Shown here: positions 57,915-64,000 of the stretch, in pieces
Numbering within the stretch: position 1 is the stretch's first letter
Layout: each line of letters opens with the position of its first letter
Source of the DNA: the human T2T-CHM13v2.0 reference genome, Homo sapiens
Assembly: GCF_009914755.1 (NCBI RefSeq)
Contig: NC_060939.1
Direction: 5' to 3' (one strand)
Length of the DNA stretch: 64,000 nucleotides
Translations under genes and position numbers: made by a program
Notes under the pieces: model-generated
What the model saw: the letters and a program-made list of their open reading frames with translations, nothing else
The model's database searches: none
Told to the model about the DNA's origin: nothing

Positions 57915-58340
57915 TAATAGATACTTTCTGTTTGGCCCTTGTCCCCTGTTATACTCCCCTATTTACTGGCTTTTGTCCAAGTGGAATGGACCATATTGAA
58001 TATCTCAATCGGTTCCCTTGCTCATTGCCTTCTATGCATGTTCATGAGATTAAAGGGAAGGAGGAAATGGGATTGGGGGTTATTGCCTAAACTCCCTCTC
58101 TGCTAGGTCTCCTTGACCAATCTTTTTCATAAGAAAATTAGTGTTTCCTTGTGTGATCAGGGCAGTTTACTCCCCAGAACTCTGCCTGCTGCTACTAACC
58201 CAGAGTTATTGTGGGGTGTGATTTCTGTGATTCCTTCACCCTTCTCCCCTGAAATTTTCGTAAGTAGTCTCTTTGGAAATAAACCCATGTTAAATTATCT
58301 TAGTTTGTGTGTGTTCTATTTTTCCTATTGAGACTCTGAA
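57915..58340 (+). mobile_element. LTR33-like ERVL LTR remnant
   Basis: ttcccttgctc..tgccttct...gagattaaagggaaggagga...gtaagtagtctctt..aataaac...gagactctga. Diverged. Confidence 0.5.
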
Positions 58341-58849
58341 ATGAGTATCTAAATGAAAAATCTACCGTCTTTTCTCATATACATAGTAGTTTCAGTCTTG
58401 CAAAATTCATGGCATATTAAAACCATGCAAAAGTACTTGGCACTTAGGCAGTTACATTTGGGATTGTATAATTAAACAAAGCAGGTTATTCACCTTCATT
58501 ACATTAGAAAGTCATTCAGGACATACAGCAATCCTTAATTAGGAGCGGCTATCCCATGTTACTGGACATATGGCATCCCTGTTTTCCAATCCTTAAAGTT
58601 TTTCCTTAACGTTCCAAAATGCCGTCACTTATTATTTCCTGCCATTGGATTTTGTCACATGAAGTTGTAAGGCTGGGAATGCCGTAGCCATCTTGAAAAC
58701 ATAGGTAGAAAGATAAGAGAATCATAAAGAAGTGGATCATGTTGAATTAACTAAGCATTGATACCATCTATTTGTTGTCCGATTTGGTAAAAGTTGCTCC
58801 TTGTTTTTTTCTTCAATTAGTTGACTATTCTGTTACTTGAAGCTAAAAA

Positions 58850-59171
<322 letters not shown>

Positions 59172-59274
59172 AAAAACATTTTAACCAATAGCAAAGCACA
59201 TTATTTCATTGCATTTTTTCAAAAGTTGCCAGTAATTTCAATTAAAAATATTATATAACATGTTTAATGCAATA

Positions 59275-59612
59275 CAAATGCTTTTCAATGTACAATGGGG
59301 TTAAGTCTTGATAAGCTGATTATAAATTGAAATACATTATTAAATGTATTTAATACCTAACTTACTGAATATCACAGCTTAGCCTGGCATACCTTTAATG
59401 TGCTCAGAACACTTACATCAGCAGACAATTGGGCAAAATCGTTGAATACAAAACCCACTTTATAATAAAGTATTGGATATTTTATGTAATTTGTTGAATA
59501 TTGTACTGAAAGTGAAAAGCAGAATGGTTATATTCTATTCAAAGCTATCACTTTTGCTTCATCATAAAGTAAAAAAAAATCATAAATTGAACCATTATAA
59601 GTTGACCATCTG
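59275..59612 (+). mobile_element. MER47A (Tigger-family MITE)
   Basis: acaatggggtta...agcttagcct...tgctcagaacacttacat...ttgggcaaaatc...tgtactgaaagtgaaaa...ccatctg. Confidence 0.85.
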
Positions 59613-59738
59613 TGTATATGTATGTGTGTGTGTACCTATATAAACATGTATGTTTATATATATATTTGTGTGTGTATATATCCTCGGTGTGTGTGTATGT
59701 GTGTTTGAGAGAGAGTGTGTGTGTGTGTGTGTGTGTAT
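59611..59738. repeat. Compound (TG/TA/GA)n microsatellite
   Basis: Seen directly. Confidence 0.9.
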
Positions 59739-60880
59739 GACATTGTAGGAAAGTAAAATTTCTTATCTTACAGATATAGCATGTTAACATGTTGGTACCT
59801 ATCCTCCTGAGATGTAAAATTTTACATGGATAGATGTGTACATTTACAGTTGTACACAAAGAGAAACATATTCTGTAGGCTCTTTGTTTTTCTGCAGTTT
59901 CATTCAACACTATCTGGTTTATATGGATGATTACATATATAATGCTAGGATGAAGGTTCTTCTCTATAACTTTGAAACTTCCTTGATTATCAACCCTTGG
60001 TATATTCTTAGAATAGGATTTTATTTTAGAATTAAGATCCTTGTTTCAGGACTCTAGACTGTTAACACACAGAGCCAATAATTATTCAGAATGGTTGGGT
60101 TAGTTCACATTCCCACAGATGAGACATCAAATGTCCAGGCTGCACAGCCTCATTAACACTAGATTTTCTGGACATTTTATATAGTATTTCATCTTATATA
60201 AAAAGTAGAATTCTAAATTAATTATGGTTGTTAATTTATTTTTATCTTTTTAGTCATTATGAAAATGTTTAACTATATGAAAAGCTAGGAAAGAGTTTTA
60301 TTTTTTAAGGTAGTACTTCAGAAATATTTGCGATACTTAATTTTTAAAAATTAACTCTAAAAAATGTTGAAATGTCTGTTTAATGAAATAGGACATAAAT
60401 ACTGGTCACATTAGTGAAAAATATTTGTTTAAAATTAAAATATCTGTATCAATCCTGTAGATATTAATAATTTTTAAAGAATGACATCTTCAAAATATAA
60501 ATGTTCTAAACTTATAATCAGTTAAATATGTCTCAATACATATAGATACATATATCTAAATAAATTTGAAGACTTCAAATTCCAGGTACAATATAATTCT
60601 TTTCTATCCTGTGATTTGTCATTCAGTATTTTGTAATTTGCACAGAAATATTTTGCCCTAACCACATGTCTGTATTTTCTCTTACCTAGAAATGTTATTT
60701 TATGCAAAATTGTTTTAAAGGTCAGTTTGCATGTTTGAAAGCATCTTGTAGAATGTTACATAATATATTGCATATTTGGTTACATTGTTTTAACTGTGTA
60801 AATATGGTTTAAATCTATGATGCTCTTTAGTGCTGATCATGATGCAAAGCAAATTTATCTGTATAAAAGTCTCCTGTTAA

Positions 60881-64000
<3,120 letters not shown>

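Overview
This is primate (human-like) nuclear DNA, densely packed with transposable elements, with no intact protein-coding gene. The only gene-like structure is the 5' end of a minus-strand KRAB-zinc-finger locus resembling ZNF717: a CpG-island promoter/exon 1 (~7738-7960) and a 59-nt exon 2 (5666-5724). Its KRAB-frame start codon reads GTG, so it is probably a duplicated, pseudogenised paralog. Intron 2 holds a MER57-type ERV whose 3' region has expanded into a 45-copy, 35-bp satellite with a 559-bp higher-order duplication, followed by a solo LTR6. Positions 8-37 kb are a nested pile of elements: L1MA, a MER52-like LTR, an ERV1 internal region with an env remnant, and a near-full-length L1PA7-like element that appears to derive from a spliced RNA (SpIRE). 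That pile also contains a deleted HERV-K(HML-3) provirus inside an HML-1 provirus inside an L1, cut by a large deletion that ends in an AluY. Positions 37-64 kb are AT-rich intergenic DNA with old repeats and an L1PA running off the window end. I found no convincing wholly new biological system. The best leads are the ERV-born satellite, the spliced L1, the alternative-frame ORF in the ZNF717-like 5' exons and the nested HERV-K stack. Repeat family names come from recalled consensus sequences, not a database search. Boundaries without target-site duplication (TSD) or terminal evidence are approximate.
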